A DNA stretch of 63,546 bases, filler included, from Lenisia limosa (lineage: Eukaryota; Protista; Breviatea): the NCBI GenBank assembly GCA_001655205.1. It is 12 parts of 12 records of this genome, joined end to end, with 100 filler letters (N's around TTAATTAATTAA, not from the genome) between each part and the next. Parts side by side here need not be neighbours in the genome. Positions count along the whole stretch, not along the records: positions 38,173 to 43,057 come from LPNZ01011677.1; positions 43,158 to 45,547 come from LPNZ01001756.1; positions 45,648 to 57,993 come from LPNZ01004052.1; 9 more parts are not named here. One strand, written 5' to 3'. The stretch's first letter is position 1, and the number at the start of each line of letters is the position of its first letter. The translations under genes were made by a program, and so were the position numbers. A model generated the notes under the pieces. It searched no databases and had not been told where the DNA came from. It saw only the letters and a list, made by a program, of their open reading frames with translations. Shown one piece after another: positions 39,765-52,172 of the stretch.

Positions 39765-39941
39765 AATTCTCGCTAGATCCTCGAAAAGCTATCGATATTT
39801 TACCAATCGTTTTGGTACCGAAGTAGGACTTCACTTTGGTCAGAAAAAGACCGGTAAATTATCGAAAGTTTTCGAGGATTTATCGAGAAATTCAGTCTTT
39901 TTTCGAATCGAAGTGAATACCTCTACCGAAGCGAAGTTCTA
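39765..39941 (+). mobile_element. Older MITE A1 interrupted by a nested MITE A1
   Basis: Core from 39765; its right TIR is split at TACCGAAG and resumes as CGAAGTTCTA at 39932-39941. Confidence 0.75.
39834..39923 (-). mobile_element. MITE A1 nested in another A1 copy
   Basis: Perfect 8-bp TSD TACCGAAG at 39826-39833 and 39924-39931. Confidence 0.9.
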
Positions 39942-40549
39942 ATAAAGACCCGGGTACAAACCTCGTTTCGAGACATTGTGAACCGCTCAACATCTGATGA
40001 CGCTCTAAATCGTAAAAGCAGGGTGGTCATACAAAACATTGTCACGGATGCTGTTAGAAAATTGTTCTAAGACGCCTTCTTTGAAACGAATTACTAATTT
40101 GTTAATAACTACCCGTTACTTCAGATTGAAAGGCGTAAATCACGTTCAATATGCGCCAATCTTAGCGAAAATTGAACGAAAATCCGAGCCAATTTTTTGA
40201 ATTACCACCCTGCTTTAATGGTTGAACTAAAACGATAATTACACGAGTTGAAGATCTACTACTAGCAGTTGCAATGAAACAAAACCCCTCAAAATTTCCC
40301 TTCCTTTGCCTTATTATATTCTTGTTCCAGAGCGCAAATAACACTAAGGTTTCTTGTTGATGTTAAATACGTACAAACCCTTGGATATTTACCAAAAAAA
40401 CTCAGGTGAACCGAACTTTTCTCACAGCGGATATGCGAGAAGTGCCTGTTTTAAACACCAATTACCTTAAGTTACAATAGTTGCAGTCTTTGAGGCAGCT
40501 ATTGGACACTTCAATAAGGCCGCGGAAGAATACCCTAGAGATCTGGTGA

Positions 40550-40628
40550 GGACTATTCACTGAAATTCTCGTTAAATCACCGAAAACTATCGATATTTTC
40601 CTGGTTTTCGGACCAAAGTGACGCCCTT
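40550..40628 (+). mobile_element. MITE A1, degenerate
   Basis: Core variant plus right end CGGACCAAAGTGACGCCCT. Confidence 0.75.
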
Positions 40629-40859
40629 GTGAGCTCAACTTACTCCCTCGGGGATCATGAAGATTTATCAGGAATTTATCAATATTCTCAGTATTTCTGT
40701 GAGACCCCCCCCCCCNNNNNNNNNNNNNNNNNNNNNNNNNNNNNNNNNNNNNNNNNNNNNNNNNNNNNNNNNNNNNNNNNNNNNNNNNNNNNNNNNNNNN
40801 NNNNNNNNNNNNNNNNNNNNNNNNNNNNNNNNNNNNNNNGAGACCCCCCCCCCCATCTA

Positions 40860-42400
40860 ATACAAACCCCTCCAACTTGTTGCCGTAGAAGTGCTCCGTG
40901 ACGGAATTGGCATGGGCGAAGACAGCAGTGGCCATGGCCTCGTCTGCCGTGTCGATCAGCTCTGCCATCTGAACGTCGGAGAGAGATAATACGTCACCTG
41001 ATGATTGGTGAAGATGACGATGATTATGGGTAATAAAACAAGTCTAAGAGATATTGGATGACAGTACATTTTGTAGGAGATATTGGTGAAGAAGATGATG
41101 ATGATAAAAGGTGGGATCACCATCACGCTTATAATTATAAGAGATATTGGATTATATAGGATTCCGTGCAAAAAAAAATTTGTTGAGGAAATTAATTGAC
41201 AAAATTTGAAATTATAGCGACTAAAATTGAGTTTACAATACAATATGTCTCATTTCAAATTTTGCAATTATTTTTTCAATTCATTGCACGGAGCCCTAAT
41301 AATGACTCTGATGACTGATAAAGATGCTGACTGAAGATATTTTATGATGGTATAGTATTATTGTCTCCTAAAGATATGTAAAGATGAGGATGAGAAATAA
41401 AACAAGTATACAGGGACCAGGATAAGTCTTGACCTATTTTCCTATAAGAAAACGCCGAGTTTGCGAAGCGAACAGAAAACCGAGTAACAAAAAGAAGACA
41501 ACCACTCCCAGGAAAAAAAACGAGGGGGAATTCAATTGGAAAAGACTTGAGTCGGGATTTTCCCCACTTTTTCAGTGGTTTTCCTGAAAAAATACAGAAA
41601 ATTTTCTGGAAAAAGTTTTTTCCTGAGAAAACCACGAAACCACATAGCAAATCCGTCAAGACTTATTCTGGTCACTGGATAATGAATTATAGAAAAATAG
41701 TAATGTCTGCTGATATGTAAAGTTGGGATAAAACAAGGTGAGATCTGGCTGTTACAAGTATGAGAGATATTGAGTTATTGTATAATATTAATACGAGAGC
41801 GAGAAAGGAGCTCCAAATGTTGGTATTATTAATAAACTAAGAAACAAGTGAAATATCGCTTTGTTTACTCTCAGCAATTTTCAAGAGTACGTCAGTAATT
41901 TTCATGGAAATCAGCAAAAATAATCATCAGCAAAAATCATAAGCCCGTGCCCACCCACCTGGTTGGAAGTTGATCCCAAGGAACTTTTTGAGGGGAACTG
42001 TGATGGTTAGAAGGGTCGGAAGGGCAAATGGTCCAAAATATTCATGTGAAAAGGTACTATACAATGCATTTTCCAAGGAGGAAGGGGCCTTGTAGCTCAC
42101 CTGTATCTGATTCGTGATGATAAGCTGCATTTTCAGGGCCTGATTCACAAGTGTCACAGTGAAGTTCTTCCAAATGCCGTTCTTTTTCGAGCATTGCTTC
42201 TGTAAACAGTGAGAAAATTCAGTCTTCAAGATCACGAACCGTGATGTTCAGGATCCACTCCCTCCAAGATAGAGCTGGAGTGGTTTCTAATTTGAGGAGC
42301 TGCAAGCGGGGAGCTTAATCGAAAAACATTGCGAAGAGAGAACACCCCAAGGCGTTGCAGAGACAGCATCTCAATGTATGCCAACGAAATAAGGTTAGAT
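40860..42400 (-). CDS. Multi-exon gene fragment of unknown function
   Basis: Open splice-bounded exons LLKLETTPALSWREWILNITV, KQCSKKNGIWKNFTVTLVNQALKMQLIITNQIQ and VTYYLSDVQMAELIDTADEAMATAVFAHANSVTEHFYG. Confidence 0.4.
41157..41298. mobile_element. MITE family E (TAGGGCTCCGTGCAA-type TIR, hAT-like ends)
   Basis: TAGGATTCCGTGCAA...TTGCACGGAGCCCTA; internal similarity to 58884-59007; no TSD seen. Confidence 0.75.
41409..41679. mobile_element. Longer (about 270 bp) member of MITE family F
   Basis: TATACAGGGACCAGGATAAGTCTTGACC...ACATAGCAAATCCGTCAAGACTTATTCTGGTCACTG; shares ACATAGCAAATC with the short copy. Confidence 0.8.
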
Positions 42401-43304
42401 AAGTAAAACACAGACAACTACGCAATCTAAAACCCTATTTTAACGCTATTTCTAAAATAATTGGACAAAAAGTGAAGGCTCGGAGGACCTTCACAAGATC
42501 CCTTTCGTTCCGATCATATCCCCTTTCATTTCATAGTTTATTTGATTCCCAGTCAATTCCCATGGTGCAAGTTGGTTTCTACGAGGCAACATAAGGAGAG
42601 AAGGGAGACATCTGGAGTACAACTGGAGTACGCGTGGCTGCTTTCGTTTAATTTCGTCAATTATTCAGCAATTCAGCTATTTATGCCTCCTCGATGCTAT
42701 TTTTTGTCTCTGCATTCGCATTCCAGTACAATTAGAAAATAATTCCTACTTTGTCTGACGGAATCTAGCAGTTATATCATATATTATATCTCACCAATAT
42801 TATCAGGAGGCATATCTATTCTTTGTCTATTCTGAGACATAAATGCCTCATTGATGTTACTGCATATCAGTTAGTACTCTGTTGTAATCTCCAACTGCAT
42901 AAAATAAAATCATATTAAAAAAAATTAAATAACGCTATGACGAATAATACGGGGCCCTTGTTCAGGGGAAGTTGTAGAGGGTGTGAAACATGTACTTCCA
43001 GCTCGACGACGTGTTTGGAGTATTACCTGTCTCACAACGACAGGTTCCGAGTGCAGCNNNNNNNNNNNNNNNNNNNNNNNNNNNNNNNNNNNNNNNNNNN
43101 NTTAATTAATTAANNNNNNNNNNNNNNNNNNNNNNNNNNNNNNNNNNNNNNNNNNNNTTTGAGAATCTGTTGTATTTCGAGTCCTTTTCGAGGTTATTGA
43201 TCAGGATAATGTGGGGGTCCGTCAGATCAAAACGCAGTTCCTAGATCGTGAGATCATAATATGAACACTGGTTTGTTTAACACCAATAGTTGAAAAACTT
43301 TCAA

Positions 43305-45520
43305 TTATCCACCAACACTGGGGCTCTGTGCGAGGGAGGCGATAACCGACGTGTAGTCTGCGGGAGGGAACTGGATTTGACCCAGGCTTTCGGCTACTGA
43401 CGCTTCACGACGGAGAAACGGCAGGACGCTGAAATGGGTGACAAGAGGGGTAAAATTTGAAAATTTGTGAAACAAAAAAGCCCAAATCAACTTAGTTGGC
43501 TGACAACACACGAAGGGTTGATAACAACAAAACAGGGAGGTAAACATTCCGCTCCTTCCATAGCCACCCCATATGCCCTCTCCCACCTCCCTAAAATATA
43601 CATCATATACTACTTATACCATATACATCATAGCTATATCGTCATAGTATAATATTAATCCACACATCAAGCCCTTCAGCTTCGAATCCCACACACCTAT
43701 ACACATCAAGCCCTTCAGCTTCGAATCCCACCCCGTTGATGCTGATCATATTCTGGCCCTCTTGCACCAATTCTTTCAAACCTGCGACATAATTATAGAG
43801 GATGAAAGAGCGAAGCGATCCTTAGATTTTTACACCTTTTGTTTTTGAAAATTCTGTATAAATAAAGACCATTATTCGTACATTCCTAAAAGTGCGTTGC
43901 CCCCCCCCCCCCCNNNNNNNNNNNNNNNNNNNNNNNNNNNNNNNNNNNNNNNNNNNNNNNNNNNNNNNNNNNNNNNNNNNNNNNNNNNNNNNNNNNNNNN
44001 NNNNNNNNNNNNGTGGCTTGGGAACGAGTGTGACAGGTCAATAAGCTGGAATGCGTAATGTAGCAAAATATAGATTCAATATATTATAGAGAGAGATAAT
44101 GAGCAAATAGTCATAACTAGTGATCGTACCTTCTGGAGAGGGCTATCGGATCTGATGATATCGAGAGATGCCTTCATGCCCAGTTCTGGAGAAGAATTAA
44201 ACACTCATTTTGAAGGAAACAAAAGCAGCAACGCCTCAGCAAAACCCTGTGGAATGATGTGTGTGATGATGATAATAAAGGAGAGGCAAGGTGGAGTGTT
44301 CTGTGGTGATAGCACTATATCCTTGGGAAGCCCTAATATATCCTTGAAAAGCCACGCACTTTCGACATCAGATTTCTTCAAGGCTTTGGGGTCGGAAAGT
44401 TCAGTTCCCTCTGACTCATCCTCCTCCACTGTTTCATCTTGGAGGTCAAATATAATGCATCAGGGAGAAGACAGAAAATGTAAACAAGAAAGAAAAAATC
44501 CAATAAAAACTTGCTGGCAAACATTTGACACATATGGGATGACAGCAACAAAAAACCAAGCCCAGGGATATGTAGATGGACAAAGAAAAAGGTGAGCTGG
44601 TAGGAACCTTCCATTTTCGTGGATGATGCCCCCTACTTGTGCTCCCGTTAATAAAAGAAAGCACGGCTCAATATTATCTTCCCCGCCATTCTCATCCTCA
44701 CTAGCATCAGCCCTAGCATCAGCCCTACCATTCTCATCCTCACTAGCATCAGCAGTGCCCTCGTCAATCACACGGTACTCTGTGGACTTCATCATCAGCT
44801 CAACTTGGAATCCTGGATGGGAGGTGAGTAAATAAATATAAATATGAAATACAATAAAAGCCCAAATCTGCTGGCAAGCAACACATGAGGTTGAAAACAA
44901 CAAAACAAACAAAGCTATTATGAGTGTATCTTAACATTAATAATATTTCATGGGGGACACAAAAAGCAATAATTACCTTGAACAGATGCTCCCTCCTCCG
45001 ACTCGCCAAGAAGACTAAACAATGTGACTCCAGGAACATAATATTATTCATTGAGCGCAGGGGCTTCATCTCAGCCTAAAAAGGAATGGTGTATAATGAC
45101 ATATTCAGTCTATTTGGCTGCAAAGTATAACCCCCCCTCTCAGCCGACAATTCATCTGACGGCTGATGACGCACAACAACAGAAACATCTTGGGCGGACA
45201 ACGCAGTGAGCCATTTGCAGGAATCAGCAGTGCCAACTAAATGGTCACTATTGCATCTTCATCCACTCCTTATCATGTCAATACCAAGAAAGCATTTCAT
45301 TTTTTCGTTTTATGTCTACTATGCAATTCCTTCCTCAAAACCATTTATTATTCTCTCCATTCCAGATTGGCAGCAAATTAGATTTTCAATATCATGTATT
45401 TGCTGCTCGACCAAAAAAAAAGTGTGTGTTGATATCGAAATACAACAACGCTTCCAATTCTATCTGCAGTTTAGTGTGAACATGAAGATGATAACAACTC
45501 CAGCCAAAAACATACAGCAT
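43305..45520 (-). CDS. Multi-exon gene fragment of unknown function with acidic exons
   Basis: Exons from 44812 (GFQVELMMKSTEYRVIDEGTADASEDENG), from 44437 (DETVEEDESEGTELSDPKALKKSDVESAWLF) and from 43428; reading frames of the last exons are ambiguous. Confidence 0.45.
43455..43533 (-). repeat. Repeat B
   Basis: Consensus match; flanks TTTACCTCCCT (43544-43534) and TTTACCCCTCT (43454-43444); predicted AG at 43430-43429. Confidence 0.9.
43662..43733. repeat. About 40-bp tandem duplication
   Basis: ACACATCAAGCCCTTCAGCTTCGAATCCCAC occurs twice; on minus it begins at a GTGGGA donor-like site. Confidence 0.9.
44450..44580 (-). repeat. Repeat B, old and degenerate
   Basis: CTGGGCTTGGTTTTTTGTTGCTGTC..GCCAGCAAG.. 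on minus; predicted AG at 44439-44438. Confidence 0.55.
44820..44915 (-). repeat. Repeat B
   Basis: GCTTTGTTTGTTTTGTTG..CAACCTCATGTGTTG..GATTTGGGCTTTT..TTTACTCACCTCCCATCCAG on minus. Confidence 0.8.
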
Positions 45521-45949
45521 TGTGAACCTGTAAAATCCCCCCCCCCCNNNNNNNNNNNNNNNNNNNNNNNNNNNNNNNNNNNNNNNNNNNNTTAATTAAT
45601 TAANNNNNNNNNNNNNNNNNNNNNNNNNNNNNNNNNNNNNNNNNNNNTTTCCCAAGTGGCCATGAGCCAAGTCGGCTTCACAGTCCATAGATTCGTTCTC
45701 ACGGGGGCATCTAAAATGAATAATGGGGATGACGAGTGACTATGAGTAGTATATCAAAGTTGAAACCATGGAGAGCTGTATATTACTTGTTGTTAACTGT
45801 TACAGAGCCCCATTTACATCGAAGTATCCTGAGACACCTCCATATTGCAAGTAATGTGATCCACACCAAGTGGACAGTGGCAGCCTGGAAAATTACGTAT
45901 AACCATTTTCTGACTTTTCCGCAGAATAGTCCATTTGCCTACCTTCAGG

Positions 45950-47800
45950 GCTAACCGCCCCCGTGCGGCAGCGTGAGACATCAAAGTCCACCGAGACTAT
46001 GCTGTAGTCGTCCATGGTTGTCTATTTTGAGTGAGTTGGCAAAAAGCAAGGGGGAGGGGGAGGGACGAAAATACAACCCGAAGAAGGAGTTCAGCATCCT
46101 ACATTTGACCATGCAGCAACAAGGAGTTTGCAGGGAACTGAGTCCAAGCAGTGGAAGGCTGACTTGTCGCCCTCGTTGTAGTATGCACTTTGTAGGGGCA
46201 GGGTGTCTGACATAGTGAAACAAACATTCAAAGGAATCAAAAGACCCGCAGAACATGAGCTTTGGGTGAACTACCCCCCCTCCAACTCGGCTTTCTGAAG
46301 CCATATCGAAGGATGTCCCCCATGTCCAGCCTGTCACTGGTGGAATCGAATGCGGAGGCAGCGATTGTGACGGTTGGTACCATGTACTTCGTGCTTTCTC
46401 CGGACCAAATCACAGCCGGTTGCTGAGTCAGTCGGTTCAGGTTTGCAATGCACAATCCGGGCCACGTGTCAGTCCACTTATTGGTTGATCCGATGAGTAT
46501 GGAGTTGTTTTCCGAAACTGCAGTGAAAGCCTCTTCAGGAGTCGCCACTTCCAAACTTGTGGCTTGGCACAGTTGGAATATCTGCAGGACGAGCGCAATT
46601 GTAAATGTCTCTGTTGCCCTAAGATATAAGCATCCTGACTTGTTCTAAGCATCGCCCACTCAGTGAACTTCAGGTGGTATGACACAGGATGATGTTTGAC
46701 AGGTAGAAGGGGTCCAATTATGTGCAGTCCCGGTTCTGAAGAGAATAAGAGTGTTAAAGAGCAAACTTTGAAACAGAAAACAAAAGATAATACTATGGCT
46801 CAATTTTGATTTCCCCATCTTTTTTACTCTTATTTTTTCTGTGGAATGACGTCACTAAGGCCCAAGGGATACATAATGAGGATACTCGTGAGTAGAGGTA
46901 CTTGCATACCAACTGTCTCTAATGGGAATGAGTACAACATGTTATACGTCCTTTCTCCTGTGTATGCGCTACAATAGTAAGAGCTTATCAATTTTTTTAA
47001 AAAAACGTTGCCAGAGATTCCAAACAAGAAAAAGCACAAGAGAATGAATGATTGTGTTCGTGTGTAGAAGTATTTTCAACAACATCACCCCCCCCCCNNN
47101 NNNNNNNNNNNNNNNNNNNNNNNNNNNNNNNNNNNNNNNNNNNNNNNNNNNNNNNNNNNNNNNNNNNNNNNNNNNNNNNNNNNNNNNNNNNNNNNNNNNN
47201 NNNNNNNNNNNNNNNNNNNNNNNNNNNNNNNNNNNNNNNNNNNNTGACAAGTTTAGAAATTCCCTTGTCCTGATGGAATTAGACAACACAAAATCACTCA
47301 CCCCGAGGTATTCATTGAGAACGACTTTGACATGAAATTTGGCCGGAAGGGGTGGCAAATCGTAAGTTTGGCCGAATTCAAGTAGCAAGGGCTCTCTACA
47401 CGTCATGTAAATGCATGAAGCACGGATTCTCACTGTTGAATTGAGTTAATAAGGACCGCAGACGGCCTGCCAGATAGCAATGCAACCACACTGAGTTCAA
47501 CCATGTCCTTGCACAACAGGATCCCTGAAAATGTCAACTTCTGCACCCCCCCCCCCNNNNNNNNNNNNNNNNNNNNNNNNNNNNNNNNNNNNNNNNNNNN
47601 NNNNNNNNNNNNNNNNNNNNNNNNNNNNNNNNNNNNNNNNNNNCGAAGTGCACAATGGATGTAGTTGGGTCAATGAAGATAAAGAGCTGGTCGCACTCCA
47701 GCTCAAAGTCATATTGCGCGGCCCCACAACCTAGTTGGAGCCTCACTGATTCCTGCATGGTCAGAGGTGATCAGAAATCTGGCACCAACATACCACCGTT
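45950..47800 (-). CDS. Possible multi-exon gene, unassigned
   Basis: Long open stretch 46620-46237 (TIALVLQIFQLCQATSLEVATPEEAF...) plus upstream open pieces; no family recognised. Confidence 0.3.
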
Positions 47801-49778
47801 GTTGTTGACAGCTCTTGCCGCCTGCCGTTGAGGTTTACTGGATATGGTCCCCTGGGGTATGATCAAAATAAGTAACGTATCAAAATCACGCATGGGAAAA
47901 AGTCCACACGAAGATTATTATTACCACGTACTGTCACAATCTCTAGGACCAACTTGAGAGTTTACCCAACATACTCTAAAGGACTAAAATCCAGTTGTTG
48001 ACCAGGGTGCAAAATGAACTCATCGGGTGAGTACTCTGGTTATAAGAAAGAGCCAAAATGAAAGAGATACTCACCCTTATGCGCTATTACGACCGGTTTG
48101 AGTGTAACCATTCCTCCATCAAATTGGGTACAGACTGGTCCTAAATCGTAAGTTCTGTCAATTGTGAGATTCAGGCCCCACCAAGATAAATATACTTGAC
48201 CTCATTATCTCGCACTGAAGGTCCATACGCGTTTTGCATCTTTTGAATTACAAAGGGGGTCTTAAGATCTGGTGTAAAGACGGCAGTGTCCAATGTCTCG
48301 GTTTTCATAAGCATCTAAATGGTCAACATTGTCGCAGGAAGGAGTTCAATTGGAAGCTCGGAACAGGACACACACTTGTATATACTATATACTGTGTATT
48401 ACTATATTATAATAGCCCCACCTGGTAGTGGTTCTTTGGTGACCCAGTGATCTGATAGAGAATAGGTCCGTACGACAAATCCACCGCTGTTTCGGTCTCC
48501 GCAGCTGGATTTGTCAAACTGTCCCATCAAAGAATGAAATCCCCCCAAGTCATTATTTGAGACCAGCACAACAGGAAGAACTTGCTTACATATTACTGTT
48601 GGTTTGTCAATAGTGAAATCAAATTTGGCAGTACCTCTTTCAATGAATATGACTCTTAAAGGTTAACAGCAATCCTGTCACAATCGACTCACATGTTACT
48701 ATCAGGAATGAGCTCCACATGATATCCCATTCCGCGTTCAGCAACCGCATCTGGGTCTGCGTCGTGAAAAAAGAGAGAAACATATTCGCACACACCAGTG
48801 TATAGCCGAGTCATTTCAGCATTTCAACTCCCGTACCCGGTGTGAATACCAACACTCTCAAAAAATAACCCCAAAATACCATCCTTCACGGGGTAAAGCA
48901 CGATTGGAGATGAGCATGGGATGGCTGACACGTCATGTCGGCGTAAGCACGCGACATTGGAGAATCCCGTTGTGCCTGGTGGTCAGTTGTATCGCATCAG
49001 AGTTGAATTGAATATACACCATTACGAGAAGAATATTTGATAAGAGAAGGTATAGATTTGCCATTTGCGTACTATTTTTGAACTCAAGCAGCGCACTGTA
49101 GCCCACAACGGACGTATAGCTTGCGAGGGGAATCTCGATCGGCCCTGTGAACCATGTCTACAAGGTGACAAAGGAAACCTTTGAATGTGTTAAATACTAT
49201 TGCCAATCTGAATAACCATAAATGACGATGACATTCATAATTCAGAAAAAAACCTTTGAAAACTTCATGTTCTTGCCATAAATGCAACTCCCAAACCATC
49301 TAACCGAAAGAGCAGGTCCTGTGATAAAACAAAATATCAGCGCGATCAGCTGCGTAACTTGCGTTATGGATGTCATAGGCTGGCCGTCGGGCCATCAGGC
49401 TATCATTTTGGTACCAGGAACAAAACTGAAGAGAAAATACAACAGCCTGTTTGGAAACTGGCAAGGAACTGGTCGTTCTAAAGACAAGAAAGTCGGTTTG
49501 CTACGTATATTCTTAATACAAGTTTACCAGCTAATTAAATTCAACACGAAGAGTAGATGGAAGAGGGGAAAGGTGAAATTCGTGAATTCGTAAATAGAAA
49601 AAGCCATGATGCTTCTAGAATATTCGAAAGTTCAGTTCTTTAAATCTTTTCACCAAATCTTTTCACATTTTTTGCCTCTATCTCTTGTGATTATAAGGTA
49701 TACATTGTGTGATGTAATTTTATATTTAAGTTGAACCTTCACTCGTTTTGTCGGTTTTGTGAGTTTCACTATTTTAGA

Positions 49779-51818
49779 ATGACTAAGGTTGCCGGTCTTC
49801 GTGTTCGTCCTTTCAAGGGTCTTTGCCCCCGTCCTAACATTGTTGAGAAGCTCTGTGGTCCTCCTTACGATGTCCTCAACACCGAGGAGGCTCGTAAGAT
49901 GGCTGAAGGCAATGAATTCTCTATTCTCCACATCAACAAGGCTCAGATTGACCTCGATGCCTCGGTTGACCAGTACTCTCAACAGGTTTGACATGAAAAG
50001 ATTTATTTTCGTTTCTGACTGTTTAGGTGTACGATCTTGCTCGTGACAACCTCAAGAAGTTCATTGACGAGGGACACATGCAGAGAGATGAGATGGAGTG
50101 TCTTTACATCTACAAGCAACACATGGCTGGCCTCCACCCTCAATATGGTGTCATGGGAGTTGTCCCTACTGAGCAGTACAACGCTGGCTTGATCAAGGTT
50201 TGATAGATTTCACAAATCAGTCTTCAGTCTTCTCCTTCTTCTCTTCTTCTTTGTGGCTCTAATTCTTTAATATTGTCTCCGATACTCGTAACTATAAGCA
50301 GAGGACTTCCGCTAATGCCCCTCTCCTCAACATTGTTCACTTTTCAGCGTCACGAGAAGACCCGCAAGGCAAAGGAAGATGACCGTACCAAGACTGTCAA
50401 CATCCAGAATGCCAACGTTGGACCCGTTTTCCTTACCTACCCGTGAGCCTGGACTGACTTGAGTTCTGAAGCTTCACTTCTTTCCCTTTCTTCCTAATTT
50501 ACCCCTTCCTTTCCAGTCCTCAGGAGCGCATCAACGAGCTTGTTTCCCGCATCACCTCTGAGAAGGCCGACTACGACTTCAAGGCTACCTACGAGCCAGT
50601 CCAGCACACCCTTTGGAAGGTTCGACCTTCGCTTCCTCTCTTTTCTTGTGGTCTTCTTGGGGACATTTCTGACGATGTAGGTTAAGGACGCCGGTATGCA
50701 GAAGGCCCTCATCAGCGCTTTCGACGAGCTTGTCCCCGCCGCCTACGTCGCTGACGGCCACCACCGTGCTGGTGAGAGTTTCTTCTTGAAACCTATTGTA
50801 CTGCCTTGAATTTCTTATCATCAACCGCTAATCACGACAGCTTCCGCCGCCCGTGTTGGAGACATCCGCCGCAAGAAGGCCGAGGCCGAAGGCAAGGTCG
50901 TCACTGGTAGGCACCTCGGGGCGTGTAGTTATTCTATCTGCATCCTTACTCCATTCTTCATTATACACGCTTCAACTAAAGTATGTAGGTGAGGAGTGCT
51001 TCAACTACTTCCTTGCTGTGATCTTCCCCGGAGACCAGCTCAACGTTCTTGACTACAACCGCGTTGTCAAAGACCTTAACGGCCTTAAGCCCGCTGAGTT
51101 CATCACTAAGGTCGAGGAGCACTTCGCTGTCGAGAAGGTCAAGGGTAAGCATGACTTCTGGTTGATTCTATGGTGGTTTCTTCTTTCAAACCTTCGTCTG
51201 ACACCCGTTTAGACCACGTTGAGGCTAAGAACCTCTCCAAGAACGTTTTCTCCATGTACATTGAGAAGCAGTGGTACAAGCTCACGCTTAAGGCCGTAAG
51301 CTCATCACCTTTGTCACACCATTATCAGCTGAAGCCCCGTTGACCCTTTAGAACGAGCAGCCCGAGGACATCGTTGACAAGCTTGACGTTTCCATCCTCA
51401 CCCATACTGTCCTCGAGCCCATCCTCGCTATTGGCGGTAAGCCTGGTTATTGAAATCTTGTGTGGTGATGCTCTTTCGTCCTTTTATTCAGAGTGCAAGT
51501 ACCAGTTTAACGCAATAGACCTCCGTACCGACTCGCGCATCGACTTTGTTGGTGGCATCCGCGGTTACCCCGAGCTCGAGAAGCACGTTGACTCCGGCAA
51601 CATGGCCGTTGCCTTCGGTGTGTTCCCCGTCGACATCAACGACCTCATGGCTATCTCGTATGTTGGGCTCTCTTTTTATTTTATCTGCATGTTTCCTCTC
51701 CTGACTCCCCAGTGAAGCTGATCGTCTTATGCCCCCCAAGTCCACCTGGTTCGAGCCTAAGCTCGCTTCCGGCATGGTTGTCCGCACTATTGATGAGGGA
51801 TGTGTCCCCGAGTTCTAA
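49779..51818 (+). CDS. DUF1015 family protein, complete, 11 exons
   Basis: Exons 49779-49985, 50027-50197, 50348-50442, 50517-50619, 50681-50771, 50841-50906, 50989-51144, 51213-51295, 51352-51436, 51519-51657, 51713-51818 splice in frame. Motifs RPFKGL, PPYDV, RHEKTR, YVADGHHRAASA, YNRVVKDLNG, DFVGGIRG, MPPKSTWFEPKL. Strong codon bias. Confidence 0.95.
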
Positions 51819-52172
51819 AATGTTTTTCCTGTTCTTTTCTTTGTACACTATGTAGTTTCTTTCCCCCCATGTCATTTGGTCTTGTCTCTTGGTGGTCAAT
51901 ATTATCGTCGATCTTCATCGGGAGACACATCATATTCTGAAGCACTTCGGACAATCGGGAAAAATTCTGTCCTGCAATGGGTAAGAGCATTTACGGTAGA
52001 GTGCACCCCCAGGGTTTTTTTTCTTAAATGCCATCCTTCTCCAAACACCCAAAAAGCCTCCAAATTGGTTCTTGATGGCATCATTTTTAATTTAATTGTG
52101 CAAGAAGAAATATAACATTGGAGAAAAGAGTCAAATTGTTTCTGTTAGAGTTGCTAGTCATCATCAGGTGCC

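Noticed and set aside
40680-40855. Direct repeat GAGAC plus poly-C on both sides of a gap as an element boundary
   Set aside because: More likely the same poly-C locus assembled twice at contig ends
43429-43533. Repeat B as a complete 105-nt GT-AG intron (classic introner)
   Set aside because: Possible for this copy, but other copies extend 5' of that GT (CTGGGCTTT, GCAGAAGC, GGAGTGAT), and in the FtsH gene B occupies only the end of a ~375-nt intron, so it is not supported as a general rule
48690-48960. Gypsy reverse transcriptase remnant (SSPIVLYPVKDG and HVELIPDS on minus)
   Set aside because: The two motifs are in the wrong order, and I see no YxDD, RNase H, integrase or LTRs
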